A stretch of DNA of 64,000 nt from Pseudomonadales bacterium (GCA_035458985.1 DATHYR010000288.1:8832-72831); one strand, 5' to 3'; shown: positions 19,891-29,380, numbered from the stretch's first letter. The notes: generated by a model from the letters alone, not told the origin. Made by a program: numbers and translations.

Positions 19891-20226
19891 ATGGCACAAT
19901 TTTCTATGGCTTTACAGGACAAAGAGCACTACCAAGTGCTGTCGTTGGCAGGACGCCTCGATCTAAGAACTATCCATGTCAACTCATTGGCAGTGAAAGA
20001 TTTGCCTATTCAACACACACTAATTAATTGCCAAGACATCGAATTTATAGACTCGTCAGGACTTGGAATGATTACAAGCCTTTTACAACGCTTAGGAAGA
20101 GACGGTAAAAAACTGGTCTTGATGGCGGTGTCCGACACCCTACTCACGGTATTCAAACGCACCCGTTTGGATGCGTTATTTCATATCGTGGAAAGTGAAG
20201 AGCAAGCGGCCAGTTTCTTCAACTAA
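19891..20226 (+). CDS. STAS-domain anti-sigma-factor antagonist (SpoIIAA-like), orphan
   Basis: 111 aa with FIDSSGLGMI containing the conserved phosphorylatable Ser. No partner kinase or phosphatase is adjacent. Confidence 0.8.
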   Translation: MAQFSMALQDKEHYQVLSLAGRLDLRTIHVNSLAVKDLPIQHTLINCQDIEFIDSSGLGMITSLLQRLGRDGKKLVLMAVSDTLLTVFKRTRLDALFHIVESEEQAASFFN

Positions 20227-20240
20227 CCGCCCAATCCACC

Positions 20241-21359
20241 TTACATACTCAGCGCATCTAGCGGATCTACATAAGGCGTATGTAACGCCTCAGCCACCGC
20301 ACGATAAGTGATGTGTCCTTTATGAACGTTTAAGCCATTGCGCAAATGTACATCGTCGTGCAACGCCTGCACGGCGCCTTTGTCTGCCAAGGCCAAGACG
20401 AAAGGCATGGTAGCATTAACCAATGCAAGGCTAGACGTGCGCGCCACCCCGCCGGGCATATTACTGACACAGTAATGCACCACGTTATCCACCACGTAAG
20501 TCGGCTTTTCATGGCTGGTGGGCTTAGATGTTTCGAAACAGCCACCCTGGTCAATAGCAACATCCACAACCACTGAACCAGGCTTCATTCTGGCCAAATG
20601 TTCGCGACGCAATAATTTGGGGGCCGCCGCGCCAGGAATCAACACCGCACCGATCACAAGGTCCGCCTCGAACGCGTATTGTTCGACCGCTTCCGCTGTG
20701 GAATAAACACACTTCATACGGCCACCGTAGCGCTGATCTAGCTCGCGTAACCGAGGTAACGAACGATCTAAAATCACCACATCAGCGCCCATACCCATGG
20801 CCATTTGTGCCGCATTCTCACCAACGACACCGCCACCTAAAATAAGTACCTTACCTGGGGCTACGCCGGGCACACCGCCCAGCAAAGTGCCATTGCCACC
20901 CTGCGCTTTTTCCAAGTGGTGCGCGCCCGCCTGAATTGACATACGGCCCGCTACTTCACTCATGGGAGCTAATAACGGCAACGAACCGGAAGACGATGTC
21001 ACGGTTTCATAGGCAATACACGTGGCGTTTGATTCAGCCAATAACTTAGCCTGAACAGGATCTGGCGCTAAGTGTAAGAAAGTAAATAAACACTGACCTT
21101 CGCGCAGACGTTTACATTCATCGGGCTGAGGCTCTTTGACCTTCACCACCATATCGCTGTCAGCAAAGATTTGTTCAGCAGATGCCACAATGACAGCACC
21201 AGCCTCTAGATACGCTTGATCCTCAAAACCTACCCCGCTACCCGCCTGAGTCTCAATCAACACCTCATGGCCGCGCTGACACAATTCACGCACAGCTGCA
21301 GGTGTTAAGCCCACGCGATACTCGTGATTTTTGATTTCCTTTGGAACACCTACACGCAT
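20241..21359 (-). CDS. ald: Alanine dehydrogenase
   Basis: Starts [21 protein letters not shown], the classical Ald N-terminus. GGAGG lies 5 nt upstream of this ATG. The 10 extra codons of the ORF-track model are rejected. Confidence 0.95.
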   Translation of the reverse strand: MRVGVPKEIKNHEYRVGLTPAAVRELCQRGHEVLIETQAGSGVGFEDQAYLEAGAVIVASAEQIFADSDMVVKVKEPQPDECKRLREGQCLFTFLHLAPDPVQAKLLAESNATCIAYETVTSSSGSLPLLAPMSEVAGRMSIQAGAHHLEKAQGGNGTLLGGVPGVAPGKVLILGGGVVGENAAQMAMGMGADVVILDRSLPRLRELDQRYGGRMKCVYSTAEAVEQYAFEADLVIGAVLIPGAAAPKLLRREHLARMKPGSVVVDVAIDQGGCFETSKPTSHEKPTYVVDNVVHYCVSNMPGGVARTSSLALVNATMPFVLALADKGAVQALHDDVHLRNGLNVHKGHITYRAVAEALHTPYVDPLDALSM

Positions 21360-21572
21360 AACTGCCTCCGCAATAATTGATGTGAGCATGTTAAGTTGTT
21401 ACGCAGTATTTAATAGCACGAAATACCGCCAAAACCACACTTTTTTCCTGATTGAAACACCCATTACAGGAAAATAAATAACTCAATAGCCTTCTTTCGC
21501 CGAGAACCCTTTCAGAGGCGATCATATCAGCCACTTGAGGCGAGTTTTTTGCGCTTTTTCAAGGAGGATAGA

Positions 21573-21601
21573 TTGACAGCGCAAGGCCAAATCATCATAA
21601 T
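21573..21601 (+). promoter_or_regulatory. Sigma70-type promoter for tRNA-Leu
   Basis: TTGACA, a 17-nt spacer, then CATAAT, followed by the GC-rich discriminator GCGCGCC. It lies about 75 nt upstream of the tRNA. Confidence 0.55.
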
Positions 21602-21675
21602 GCGCGCCAATTATTGGGAGCACCCCTCAATGTCGTTTGACATTTGATCCTGATATGACCTAACGGTCTCGCATT

Positions 21676-21762
21676 GCCCAGGTGGTGGAATTGGTAGACA
21701 CGCTAGCTTCAGGTGCTAGTGCTCGCAAGGGCGTGGAGGTTCAAGTCCTCTCCTGGGCACCA
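21676..21762 (+). tRNA. tRNA-Leu (anticodon CAG), type II with long variable arm, CCA encoded
   Basis: The acceptor GCCCAGG pairs with CCTGGGC before ACCA. The anticodon stem CTAGC/GCTAG encloses the loop TTCAGGT. The T-arm is GGAGGTTCAAGTCCTCT. Confidence 0.95.
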
Positions 21763-21767
21763 ATATT
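21747..21767 (+). repeat. att-like direct repeat, copy 1 (last 16 nt of tRNA-Leu plus 5 nt)
   Basis: CCTCTCCTGGGCACCAATATT; 20/21 identical to 21958-21978. Confidence 0.8.
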
Positions 21768-21770
21768 TTT

Positions 21771-21797
21771 AAAACCGAGCACTAGCTCGGTTTTTTT
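21771..21797 (+). terminator. Rho-independent terminator after tRNA-Leu
   Basis: ACCGAGC-acta-GCTCGGT hairpin followed by TTTTTTT. Confidence 0.85.
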
Positions 21798-21957
21798 ATA
21801 CGTCAAACATACGTTATTCAAAAACATCCCAATTCGTAATGAAGACGCCGATGACTCGCGCAAAAGCGCTTTCATCGTCGAGAGGACTACACCTGCCCGC
21901 ATCAGAGATGCGGGCGCTCAACGGCTCATCGCTATGCGATTCGAAACCCCGTTTCGC

Positions 21958-21978
21958 CCTCTCCTGGACACCAATATT
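21958..21978 (+). repeat. att-like direct repeat, copy 2
   Basis: CCTCTCCTGGACACCAATATT; a single G-to-A difference from the tRNA-Leu 3' end. Confidence 0.8.
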
Positions 21979-22084
21979 CAGCAGATTCTTGCTTGAAAGT
22001 TCCATTCTAAGCGGCTTTTTATTTTCTCGTCCAAACGTTTCTGTAACTACTCCTGTAACTTTTGCCGCTTTCTGTAACTTTACA

Positions 22085-22300
22085 CCTTCCATGAGTAGGC
22101 GAGGTAACTGCCATGACAAAGCCGTGGCTGAAAGCTTCTTTGCAACGTTCAAGAAGCGAGAAACACGCAGACGCATCTATTCAACACGGGGGGATGCTAA
22201 AACAGAAGTCTTTAATTTTATCGAGATGTTCTACAATCCAATCAAGCGGCACACCCATAAAGGCGGCGTGTCACCTGTAAAGTTTGAAGAACAGTATTTT
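22085..22300 (+). pseudogene. IS3-family transposase (OrfB) C-terminal fragment, ~70 codons
   Basis: PSMSRRGNCHDKAVAESFFATFKKRE...RIYSTRGDAKTEVFNFIEMFYNPIKRHTHKGGVSPVKFEEQ matches the conserved end of IS3 rve-domain transposases. No upstream catalytic region or inverted repeats were seen. Confidence 0.8.
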
Positions 22301-23461
22301 TCAGCGCTGGAAGGCGTCTTTAGAAGTCTGGGAAGTCCAATTAAGATCCGCCACAACCCTATTTCGTCCAGTCTCTTTTGCTCGGTAAAGCTGTTTATCT
22401 GCCTCTTTCATTAACTCATCAGTACTCGATAGTTTGAACTGTCCGGCGACACCGAAACTGGATGTAAGCTTGATTTGATCTGCGCCTACATTAATATCGG
22501 TTTTTTCTATAGCTTCTCTCAATCGCTCAGCTAATTTGATCGCATCTTCCATATCAGTCTGGGGAAGAATTAGAGCAAACTCCTCGCCACCGAGCCGCGC
22601 CACGATATCACTGTTGCGAGATAACTCTAATAGTTTACTGGAGTATTCTTTTATAACGATGTCGCCTACATCATGGCCATATCTATCGTTTATTCGTTTG
22701 AAGTGGTCTATGTCACAAGCTACTGCGCTAACTTGTATCGGATTGTGCAGATTCTGATAAGTTAGACGAGCTAATCTGGCGTCTAATCCTCTTCGATTGT
22801 ATAGCCCAGTAAGAGGATCTATGTCAGCTAGATGCTGCAATGAATCTCGATGAGATACGAGGTTCATAGTCATAAACCCGAGTGCGACTAAACTAAAGCT
22901 TGTCGCAGAGCTAATAAGACCGATACCGATGACTATCTCGTGGTTATCCTTGGTCAGGTTATACATCTGTAGCAAACTGAGCGATAGGGGTAAAAATATA
23001 GCTAAAGCAATTATACGGTCACCGACATTTCTCATTAGCTTCAGTGATACCAAGAGCAGAACAGTCATATGGATTAAGTTGTAGATCGCAAAGTTCCAAA
23101 GTGTTGCCTGTATCGAATCTGACAAGAGAACACCGACGACAAAAAGAACATTCGAGCCCAACCAAATCAAACCATATTTGCGAAAAGGCACGCTGTCAGC
23201 CAGCATGTAAAGCAGCAGGTAGGTTGCCAAATAAAAGGGTATTACCTGAACTGCTATCGGCACCACAACATTTAACAGCTCAATGAAACACAGCGCTATC
23301 CAGCCGATTCCGCCGCCGTAGAAGTACATCTGAAAAAACTTCAACGTTCTAGGTGAGCGCGTTTGAAAATCAAGCATATAGCTAGCGTACAGTACCGAAG
23401 ACGATATGACGGCGATAACTCCCATCAACGAAATAATGAAAAATAGCGGTGCAATTGACAT
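22301..23461 (-). CDS. Diguanylate cyclase (GGDEF) with N-terminal multi-pass membrane domain
   Basis: About 7 predicted TM helices, then DPLTGLYNRRG...RNSD(I-site)IVARLGGEEF. GC is visibly lower than in neighbours (about 43% in a 60-nt spot count). Confidence 0.9.
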   Translation of the reverse strand: MSIAPLFFIISLMGVIAVISSSVLYASYMLDFQTRSPRTLKFFQMYFYGGGIGWIALCFIELLNVVVPIAVQVIPFYLATYLLLYMLADSVPFRKYGLIWLGSNVLFVVGVLLSDSIQATLWNFAIYNLIHMTVLLLVSLKLMRNVGDRIIALAIFLPLSLSLLQMYNLTKDNHEIVIGIGLISSATSFSLVALGFMTMNLVSHRDSLQHLADIDPLTGLYNRRGLDARLARLTYQNLHNPIQVSAVACDIDHFKRINDRYGHDVGDIVIKEYSSKLLELSRNSDIVARLGGEEFALILPQTDMEDAIKLAERLREAIEKTDINVGADQIKLTSSFGVAGQFKLSSTDELMKEADKQLYRAKETGRNRVVADLNWTSQTSKDAFQR

Positions 23462-23930
23462 TTCCGTGCTAAACCTCGAAACCTAGACGATGTGTTTTGA
23501 AAAGAAAACCGCTACCTTTCACTATGCCTCTCTTTGAGTTGAGTGTATGACGACGATGCCTATACACTACCTAGCTTTGACAGCGTTCTAACCGCTGATT
23601 TACAGCATCAGGCAGTTGTAAAGTCAAGGTTTCGGGTGCTTTCAGTCAAACTACCTCGGTGGGAAGGATGATAAAACTCAATTGACTCATTCAACCTGCT
23701 CCCTCATTGACACTACAAGGTTTACGCGCTTTATTAGGACGAAAACCAAGTCCCCAGCAATCTCCTACTATCATAGTATTTCCACCGGAAATAAAGTAGC
23801 ACTTGCTTAAGGACTGGATATTGGAAAGACCCTAGTTCGTAGATGGCTGCCAGCTATCGTAAATCCTAGTCTCCGTATTGAACTGGAGAAGTCGATATAC
23901 CTAATAGGCCAATACGTCGCGTTGGCGCGG

Positions 23931-25364
23931 CTACTCTTTGGCTTTTTTGATCTTGTATTCGTCCGGAATCGGCATGCGGTTAAACGCATCCAACCCTGCA
24001 ATTTTGTAAGCTTCAGCTAAAGTCGGATAGTTAAAAGTATTTTGCACAAAGTAGTCTACCGTTCCTTTCAAATTCATTACCGCCTGTCCAATATGAATCA
24101 GCTCTGTGGCCCCCTCACCTACAATCTGCACGCCCAAAATGCGGCGCGTTTTGAGGCTGACCAACATTTTCAGCATGCCATTTTCGAGCCCCATAATATT
24201 GCCACGCGATGTCTCCCGAAAACGGGCGATGCCCACTTCATATGGAATGCCGCGCTCATGCAGTTCTTCTTCGGACATCCCACAGGTAGAAATTTCAGGG
24301 ACCGAATAAATACCGTAAGGGAACCATGGACTCTCCTCAAGAGTGGGTGTATCTAGCGCATGACACGCCGCTACCCGCCCCTGTTGCAAGGAAGTAGAAG
24401 CCAAGCTCGGGTGGCCAATGACATCCCCGGTGGCATACACATTATCGATGGCGGTTTGGTAGGTTTTTCGATTAACTTCCAAGCGACCGCGATGGTCGGT
24501 TTTCAGCCCTAAATTCTCCAAGCCCAACGCATCAGTGGCCCCCATACGACCGGCCGCAAATAACAGCAATTCTGAACGCACTCGGCGACCATTGGCCGTC
24601 GACACTTCAACATACTCACCACTATCTTTGATACTCTCCACTGCTGAACCCAAGCGTAAATCTACGCCATTTTCTCGGATCTGATGGGCAAACTCTTCGA
24701 TGGTCGCTTTATCAATAAAATCCAAGAAGGTGTTTCGGGGTTCAATCAAGGTGACACGGATATCTAAGGCAGAAAACATCGTGGCGTATTCAACGCCAAT
24801 CACGCCAGCCCCAATAACCGTTAAGCTGCGAGGCAATTGCGTGAGCTCTAAAAACTCGTCGGTATCCACCACGGTTTTACCATTAAACGGCACCCACTCT
24901 GGACGAAAGGTCTTAGTGCCGGTGGCAATTAAAAACTTATCGCCGCGAATACGCTGCGTTTCACCCGCATCGGTGGCTACCTCTATGGTGTGATTGTCGA
25001 TGAATTTAGCCGCCCCCAACAGGGTATCAACGTAGTTACGATTAAACTGATGCTCGAGTACATCAACCTCATAGTCGAGGGTCATGTGCAGGCGTGATCG
25101 CAAATCTTCCGCCACGATTTCATCTTTCACGCGGTAAGAACGCCCATAAAACGAGCGCTCTCGCCAACCAGTAAGGTTAAGCACCGTTTCGCGCAAGGTT
25201 TTGGAAGGAATGGTCCCAGTGTGAACCGACACCCCACCAAGACGATTTTTTCGGTCGACCACTAACACCCGACGCTTGAGCTTGCCCGCTTGAATCGCCG
25301 CCGTGCGACCCGAGGGGCCGCTACCGATAATAATCAGGTCGTAGTCGTAAGAAGTCTTAGCCAT
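23931..25364 (-). CDS. sthA: Soluble pyridine nucleotide transhydrogenase SthA
   Basis: YDLIIIGSGPSG...GGVSVHTGTIPSKTLRE is the SthA-type flavoprotein signature. Start taken at MAKTSYDYDL, and the 23-codon upstream extension is rejected. Confidence 0.9.
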   Translation of the reverse strand: MAKTSYDYDLIIIGSGPSGRTAAIQAGKLKRRVLVVDRKNRLGGVSVHTGTIPSKTLRETVLNLTGWRERSFYGRSYRVKDEIVAEDLRSRLHMTLDYEVDVLEHQFNRNYVDTLLGAAKFIDNHTIEVATDAGETQRIRGDKFLIATGTKTFRPEWVPFNGKTVVDTDEFLELTQLPRSLTVIGAGVIGVEYATMFSALDIRVTLIEPRNTFLDFIDKATIEEFAHQIRENGVDLRLGSAVESIKDSGEYVEVSTANGRRVRSELLLFAAGRMGATDALGLENLGLKTDHRGRLEVNRKTYQTAIDNVYATGDVIGHPSLASTSLQQGRVAACHALDTPTLEESPWFPYGIYSVPEISTCGMSEEELHERGIPYEVGIARFRETSRGNIMGLENGMLKMLVSLKTRRILGVQIVGEGATELIHIGQAVMNLKGTVDYFVQNTFNYPTLAEAYKIAGLDAFNRMPIPDEYKIKKAKE

Positions 25365-25815
25365 ATCATGCGCCTTGTAAATACGAATAAAAACGCTAAT
25401 GATAACGCCTGAGTGACGCAAAGGACATTGCAAAAAGCGTCGCCCAAGCTGTTCAAGGTAGTAGCTATGGCAAGACTCACCTCTGCCTTTTATACAGCTT
25501 GCAAGGCCCTTGTATGGGGTGTTAACGCCAAAGCATCGTAAAGATGATCACCCGTAAATACACCATCTTACACATTGATTGCCTAATGCCATTTTTCAGC
25601 GCGCTATTTCACGGTATACTCGCCGTTTTTCTTGTTAAAACAGCAACAATATAACGCCGATTCTTTTGAATATTTATTTGTGGCGTCCCACGGAGCCTTG
25701 CGTGGCGTATGAAGTGTTGTAGCAAGAATTAGCCATGCATAAGCAGGTGATAATTTTCGTTTAACGTACAGGTAGTGATTTCAAGCTACCTCACCCCGGT
25801 AATGAGAGACATTCT

Positions 25816-26307
25816 ATGACATCGCTTAACTACGCTCCTGTGACAATCATCATGGGTTCGCGCTCTGACTGGCCTACCATGCAAGAGGCCACTAATCCCC
25901 TGCGCGAACTGGGCGTTGAATTTGCGACTAACGTGGTGTCCGCGCACCGCACCCCGGACCGCCTTGCCCATTTTGCCAAGACCGCGAAAGCACAAGGTGT
26001 GCAAGTGGTAATTGCTGGCGCCGGTGGGGCCGCTCATTTGCCTGGTATGGCGGCGGCCATGACCCCATTACCCGTGCTAGGGGTGCCGGTTAAAAGTAAA
26101 TTTAACGACGGCCTCGACAGCTTGATGTCTATTGTACAAATGCCACGCGGTATCGCCGTGGGCACGCTAGCTGTTGGCGGCGCAGGTGCCTATAACGCAG
26201 GACTCATGGCTGCACAAATCCTCGCTTTAAGCGACCCTGCACTCGCCGAGCGTCTAGACGCGTGGCGCCAAAAACAGACCGACGGTGTGCCAGTCGAGGT
26301 TGAATAA
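25816..26307 (+). CDS. purE: 5-(carboxyamino)imidazole ribonucleotide mutase PurE
   Basis: [12 protein letters not shown]...SAHRTPD...[10 protein letters not shown] motifs. Confidence 0.95.
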   Translation: MTSLNYAPVTIIMGSRSDWPTMQEATNPLRELGVEFATNVVSAHRTPDRLAHFAKTAKAQGVQVVIAGAGGAAHLPGMAAAMTPLPVLGVPVKSKFNDGLDSLMSIVQMPRGIAVGTLAVGGAGAYNAGLMAAQILALSDPALAERLDAWRQKQTDGVPVEVE

Positions 26308-27410
26308 TGCATATTGCTGTCTACGGCTGCGGCCAACTTGCTCAAATGATGATCCAAGCGGCAAAGCCACTTGGTCACACCGCGAGTTTCATTCGCGAAG
26401 ACGGTGAAGACACCGTCTGCGTTCAAGACCTTGGCACAATTGTGCTACGTAGCGACCTAGTCAGTGACGAAGCCCTACGAGCCTTCCTTGCCGATGTTGA
26501 CGTCATGACCGTTGAAAAAGAACAGGTCAATCTCGACTTTTTGCGCCGCTGCGCGAAATACGTGACCGTTCACCCCAACCCAGATGCGGTAGAAATTTGT
26601 GGTGATCGCTGGAAAGAAAAGAGCACCTTGCGTGCCCTCGATATCCCTGTCACTGACTTCTTCGACTATGCCAACCCGCCGGCAGAACCGACCCATAGCC
26701 CCCTGGGCTACATCGCTAAAAGTTGTCGCGATGGTTACGATGGTAAACACCAGCACCGGGTTAAAACCTGGGACGAACTTGCTCAACTCCCCCTGCAAGG
26801 CGTCGCGGTAGGTGAGTGGATCGTAGAAGCCATGGTGCCGTTTGATTTTGAATTTTCAGTGATTGGTTGCCGCGATCAAGCTGGCAATATTGCGATGTAT
26901 TCGGCCATTGAAAACGAACACGTTAGTGGTATTTTGCGCCGCTCAGTCACCCCGTCTAAGCGCATTCCTGTGGACCTGCGCTTAGAAGCCGAAACCTACC
27001 TGAGTCGCCTGCTCGACCATTGGCACTATGTCGGCGTACTAACCATGGAATGCTTTGCTGTCCATGGCCGAATGATGGTCAATGAACTCGCCCCACGTGT
27101 TCATAACAGCGGTCATTGGAGCATGCTGAATACCGCGGCCTCACAATTTGAAAACCACATGCGCTGCGTCACTGGCATGACGGTGACTAACCCCACCTAC
27201 CAAGGCGTGCGCGGCATGTTGAATCTAGTGGGAAGCGACGACATTCCCGCCATGGCACACAACCATCCGAGTATTGCCGTGCACCTGTATGGCAAGTCTG
27301 TTCGACCTGGACGAAAGGTTGGCCATATCAATGTTCAGAGCGACGACCCAATGGTCGTCCACCAACTACTGGATCAACTCGAAGCTGCAGTGTACAAAGC
27401 CGAGGTATGA
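26307..27410 (+). CDS. purK: N5-carboxyaminoimidazole ribonucleotide synthase PurK
   Basis: ATP-grasp protein whose start overlaps the purE stop; NELAPRVHNSGHW motif. Confidence 0.95.
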   Translation: MHIAVYGCGQLAQMMIQAAKPLGHTASFIREDGEDTVCVQDLGTIVLRSDLVSDEALRAFLADVDVMTVEKEQVNLDFLRRCAKYVTVHPNPDAVEICGDRWKEKSTLRALDIPVTDFFDYANPPAEPTHSPLGYIAKSCRDGYDGKHQHRVKTWDELAQLPLQGVAVGEWIVEAMVPFDFEFSVIGCRDQAGNIAMYSAIENEHVSGILRRSVTPSKRIPVDLRLEAETYLSRLLDHWHYVGVLTMECFAVHGRMMVNELAPRVHNSGHWSMLNTAASQFENHMRCVTGMTVTNPTYQGVRGMLNLVGSDDIPAMAHNHPSIAVHLYGKSVRPGRKVGHINVQSDDPMVVHQLLDQLEAAVYKAEV

Positions 27411-27552
27411 TAGGTGCATGTGCTGAGTATTCGCCCAGCGCAAGTGCTTAAGGTTTGCAGCCATGTTCTTTGCTGAGGAACAGCCCGTCATGGCTTCAAA
27501 AAGTCCCGATTAGTCGGTGACGGCCAAGCTGCAGCCGCTTGATAAGAGCCGC

Positions 27553-27885
27553 CTACTTTGACATGAGCTGCCTAACCGCCCCCAGTAACGAGTGCCTAAC
27601 CAGCGGGCGCTCGTGGTGTGGCACCCAAATTTCAACCAACTCACCTAAATTTAACGTCACGTGCGTGATCTTTTCTTCAATGGTTTGACCGTTGGCACTG
27701 GAAATAAGGTCGTTTAACCCTAAATCGAGCAAAGCATTAAAAATGGTGTGTTCATCGGCATTATGCCGTGACAGCTCGTGGGCAACACCTATTAAACCGG
27801 CAGACAGTTGACGCTCTGATAAATTAAAGGTCGTTTGCCCTTCACTGTCAGTAACCATAAATTGATCTCGCGTATTATCATTCAT
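27553..27885 (-). CDS. Hypothetical acidic soluble protein (110 aa; 132 aa if the TTG at 27951 is used)
   Basis: Only ORF of its size in the region. I recognise no family. It is divergent from the DUF4041-like pair. The RBS is weak. Confidence 0.5.
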   Translation of the reverse strand: MNDNTRDQFMVTDSEGQTTFNLSERQLSAGLIGVAHELSRHNADEHTIFNALLDLGLNDLISSANGQTIEEKITHVTLNLGELVEIWVPHHERPLVRHSLLGAVRQLMSK

Positions 27886-27979
27886 CCATGAATCTCTGTT
27901 TATTTTTATCTGTAACCAAGCACTATCATTTGAGTTACATGTTAGTGACAACTTAAATACTTAACATCTTAATTTTTTG

Positions 27980-28013
27980 AATAAATTCGAATATTTAATC
28001 CAATAAATTCGAA
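27980..28013. promoter_or_regulatory. Duplicated 12-mer AATAAATTCGAA (22-bp period), candidate operator
   Basis: Exact copies at 27980-27991 and 28002-28013 inside the AT-rich divergent intergenic region. The first copy contains the palindrome ATTCGAAT. Confidence 0.4.
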
Positions 28014-28246
28014 AAAAATTAACTACCTAAAGGTGACTTTTCAGAACAGCCACACCATCACCGCCGGCAATGGCCACACGCCAGCAACGATTTTTTTTAA
28101 TCTCGAAAGGAAATAACAACGCATTCAGTTAGTTGAAAATGTTCTTTATTTGTACGTCTTTGTTACACAAAAACAAAACATCCTAACTACATTCACATGG
28201 TGCACTTGCTTTTTGCACAGCACGCCGACGGAAATGGCGTGTCTTA

Positions 28247-29371
28247 ATGCTCATGGAGGATGGCATGCAAGACCTATCACTCATAAGCCTGTCACTAGTC
28301 AGCATAACGTGCTTGTTGTTATTAATGATGGGGTTTCAGTGGCAACGACGCCACAACACCTATGTACAGTTCTTAGCTGACACCACGGCGTCACTTGGCC
28401 CGCGCAGTATTAACGATGAAAAAAATCGCCTTCTACTTGAACGAGAACATCTAGAACAGCGCCACGATCAAGGCAAGCATCGATATAAGCAGCTTCAACA
28501 CCATCTGCAAGACGCCACGAAAACCATTGCCCAATTCAAAGTGGGACTAGAACCCCCCACCTTTTGCCAAGACGAGGACGAGTTTCACAAGGCTCAAATA
28601 CGCGAATTACGTCGCCAACAATATGCCATGATCAGCACTGGCCGCGCCGTATCTCGACTTAACACTACTACGCCTGATACTCACGACCACCGACATGAAC
28701 GGCACGTTCACATGTTACTGCGCAGCTTTAATGCCGAATGCGAGTCACTTTACCGCCGGCTTCGCTCCAGCAACCTCATGCTCATGCAATCCAAGTTGCT
28801 TCAAGCTCAAGCGCACTGTAACAAATTCACGCAATGCTTTGGTCTTGCCATTACTGATGGCTATGCCCACTTAAAAGCACAAGAAATGGATGCTTGGTAT
28901 GCGTCCCTCGTGGATCGCATCAAAGCCAAACACCATACACCATCTATGGGTCGTGACAGCGGTTATATCTATGTGCTGTCAAATATAGGCAGTTTTGGCA
29001 AAGATACTCTGTTGGTGGGCTACACCCAAGACCCTCACCCCGAACAGGTGATTGCAGACATGGGTAAGGAAATCACCCCCTTTAATTTCAATGTACACAC
29101 GCTGGCGTTCAGCGAACAAATGTTCATGATGTATGCCGCCATCACAGACAAGATGGATGCTCAATGCATTAGTCGGCTTGGCAGTAACCCCGCTTACTTT
29201 AAGATATCCAAGCCACGCGCCAAACAGGTTTTTGAAAGCTTGGGCGTGATCTCGCCATGGTACTTTGATACCGCGCCACGCGACTTCATTGAAAGCCAGT
29301 TGCAACGCCATGCTGGCCAAGTCTTTTCTACCGAACGCTTGCCCTCAAGCCTACTGCCCTCTGACATTTAG
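28247..29371 (+). CDS. Membrane-anchored DUF4041/T5orf172(GIY-YIG-like)-domain protein, paralogue 1
   Basis: N-terminal TM helix (LSLISLSLVSITCLLLLMMGF) and a coiled-coil region. A DUF4041-like block (LLRSFNAECESLYRRL) follows, then C-terminal GYIYVLSNIGSFGKDTLLVGYT...FNVHTLAFSE. The likely true start is the ATG at 28265, 4 nt after GGAGGA. Confidence 0.75.
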   Translation: MLMEDGMQDLSLISLSLVSITCLLLLMMGFQWQRRHNTYVQFLADTTASLGPRSINDEKNRLLLEREHLEQRHDQGKHRYKQLQHHLQDATKTIAQFKVGLEPPTFCQDEDEFHKAQIRELRRQQYAMISTGRAVSRLNTTTPDTHDHRHERHVHMLLRSFNAECESLYRRLRSSNLMLMQSKLLQAQAHCNKFTQCFGLAITDGYAHLKAQEMDAWYASLVDRIKAKHHTPSMGRDSGYIYVLSNIGSFGKDTLLVGYTQDPHPEQVIADMGKEITPFNFNVHTLAFSEQMFMMYAAITDKMDAQCISRLGSNPAYFKISKPRAKQVFESLGVISPWYFDTAPRDFIESQLQRHAGQVFSTERLPSSLLPSDI

Positions 29372-29380
29372 GAGCTCACT

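Noticed and set aside
21682-22176. ORFs 21682-21996 (+), 21814-22176 (-) and the 5' part of 21839-22414 (+)
   Set aside because: They overlap the tRNA-Leu gene, its terminator and the att-scar region, and have no RBS or family signature. Only the 22085-22300 segment shows real protein similarity (IS3 transposase fragment).
23462-23930. 470-bp gene-free stretch between the GGDEF start and the sthA stop; searched for a distal att copy, tRNA fragment, IS end or small RNA
   Set aside because: I found no further copy of the 21-bp att core, no inverted repeats matching the IS3 fragment, and only short weak palindromes (for example TACTAT-c-ATAGTA and ATTTCC-accg-GGAAAT). It most likely holds the GGDEF promoter and decayed island DNA.
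25365-25815. N-terminal extension of sthA (25365-25433) and the 380-bp sthA-purE intergenic region; checked for a PurR box or small gene
   Set aside because: The extension lacks an RBS and precedes the canonical MAKTSYDYDL... start. I found no ACGCAAACGTTTGCGT-like PurR site. The only small ORFs are short and lack an RBS.
28020-28110. Possible terminator-like element TGGC-cacac-GCCA followed by a T run (about 28070-28108)
   Set aside because: The stem is only 4 bp and is separated from the T run by about 10 nt. That is not convincing as an intrinsic terminator.
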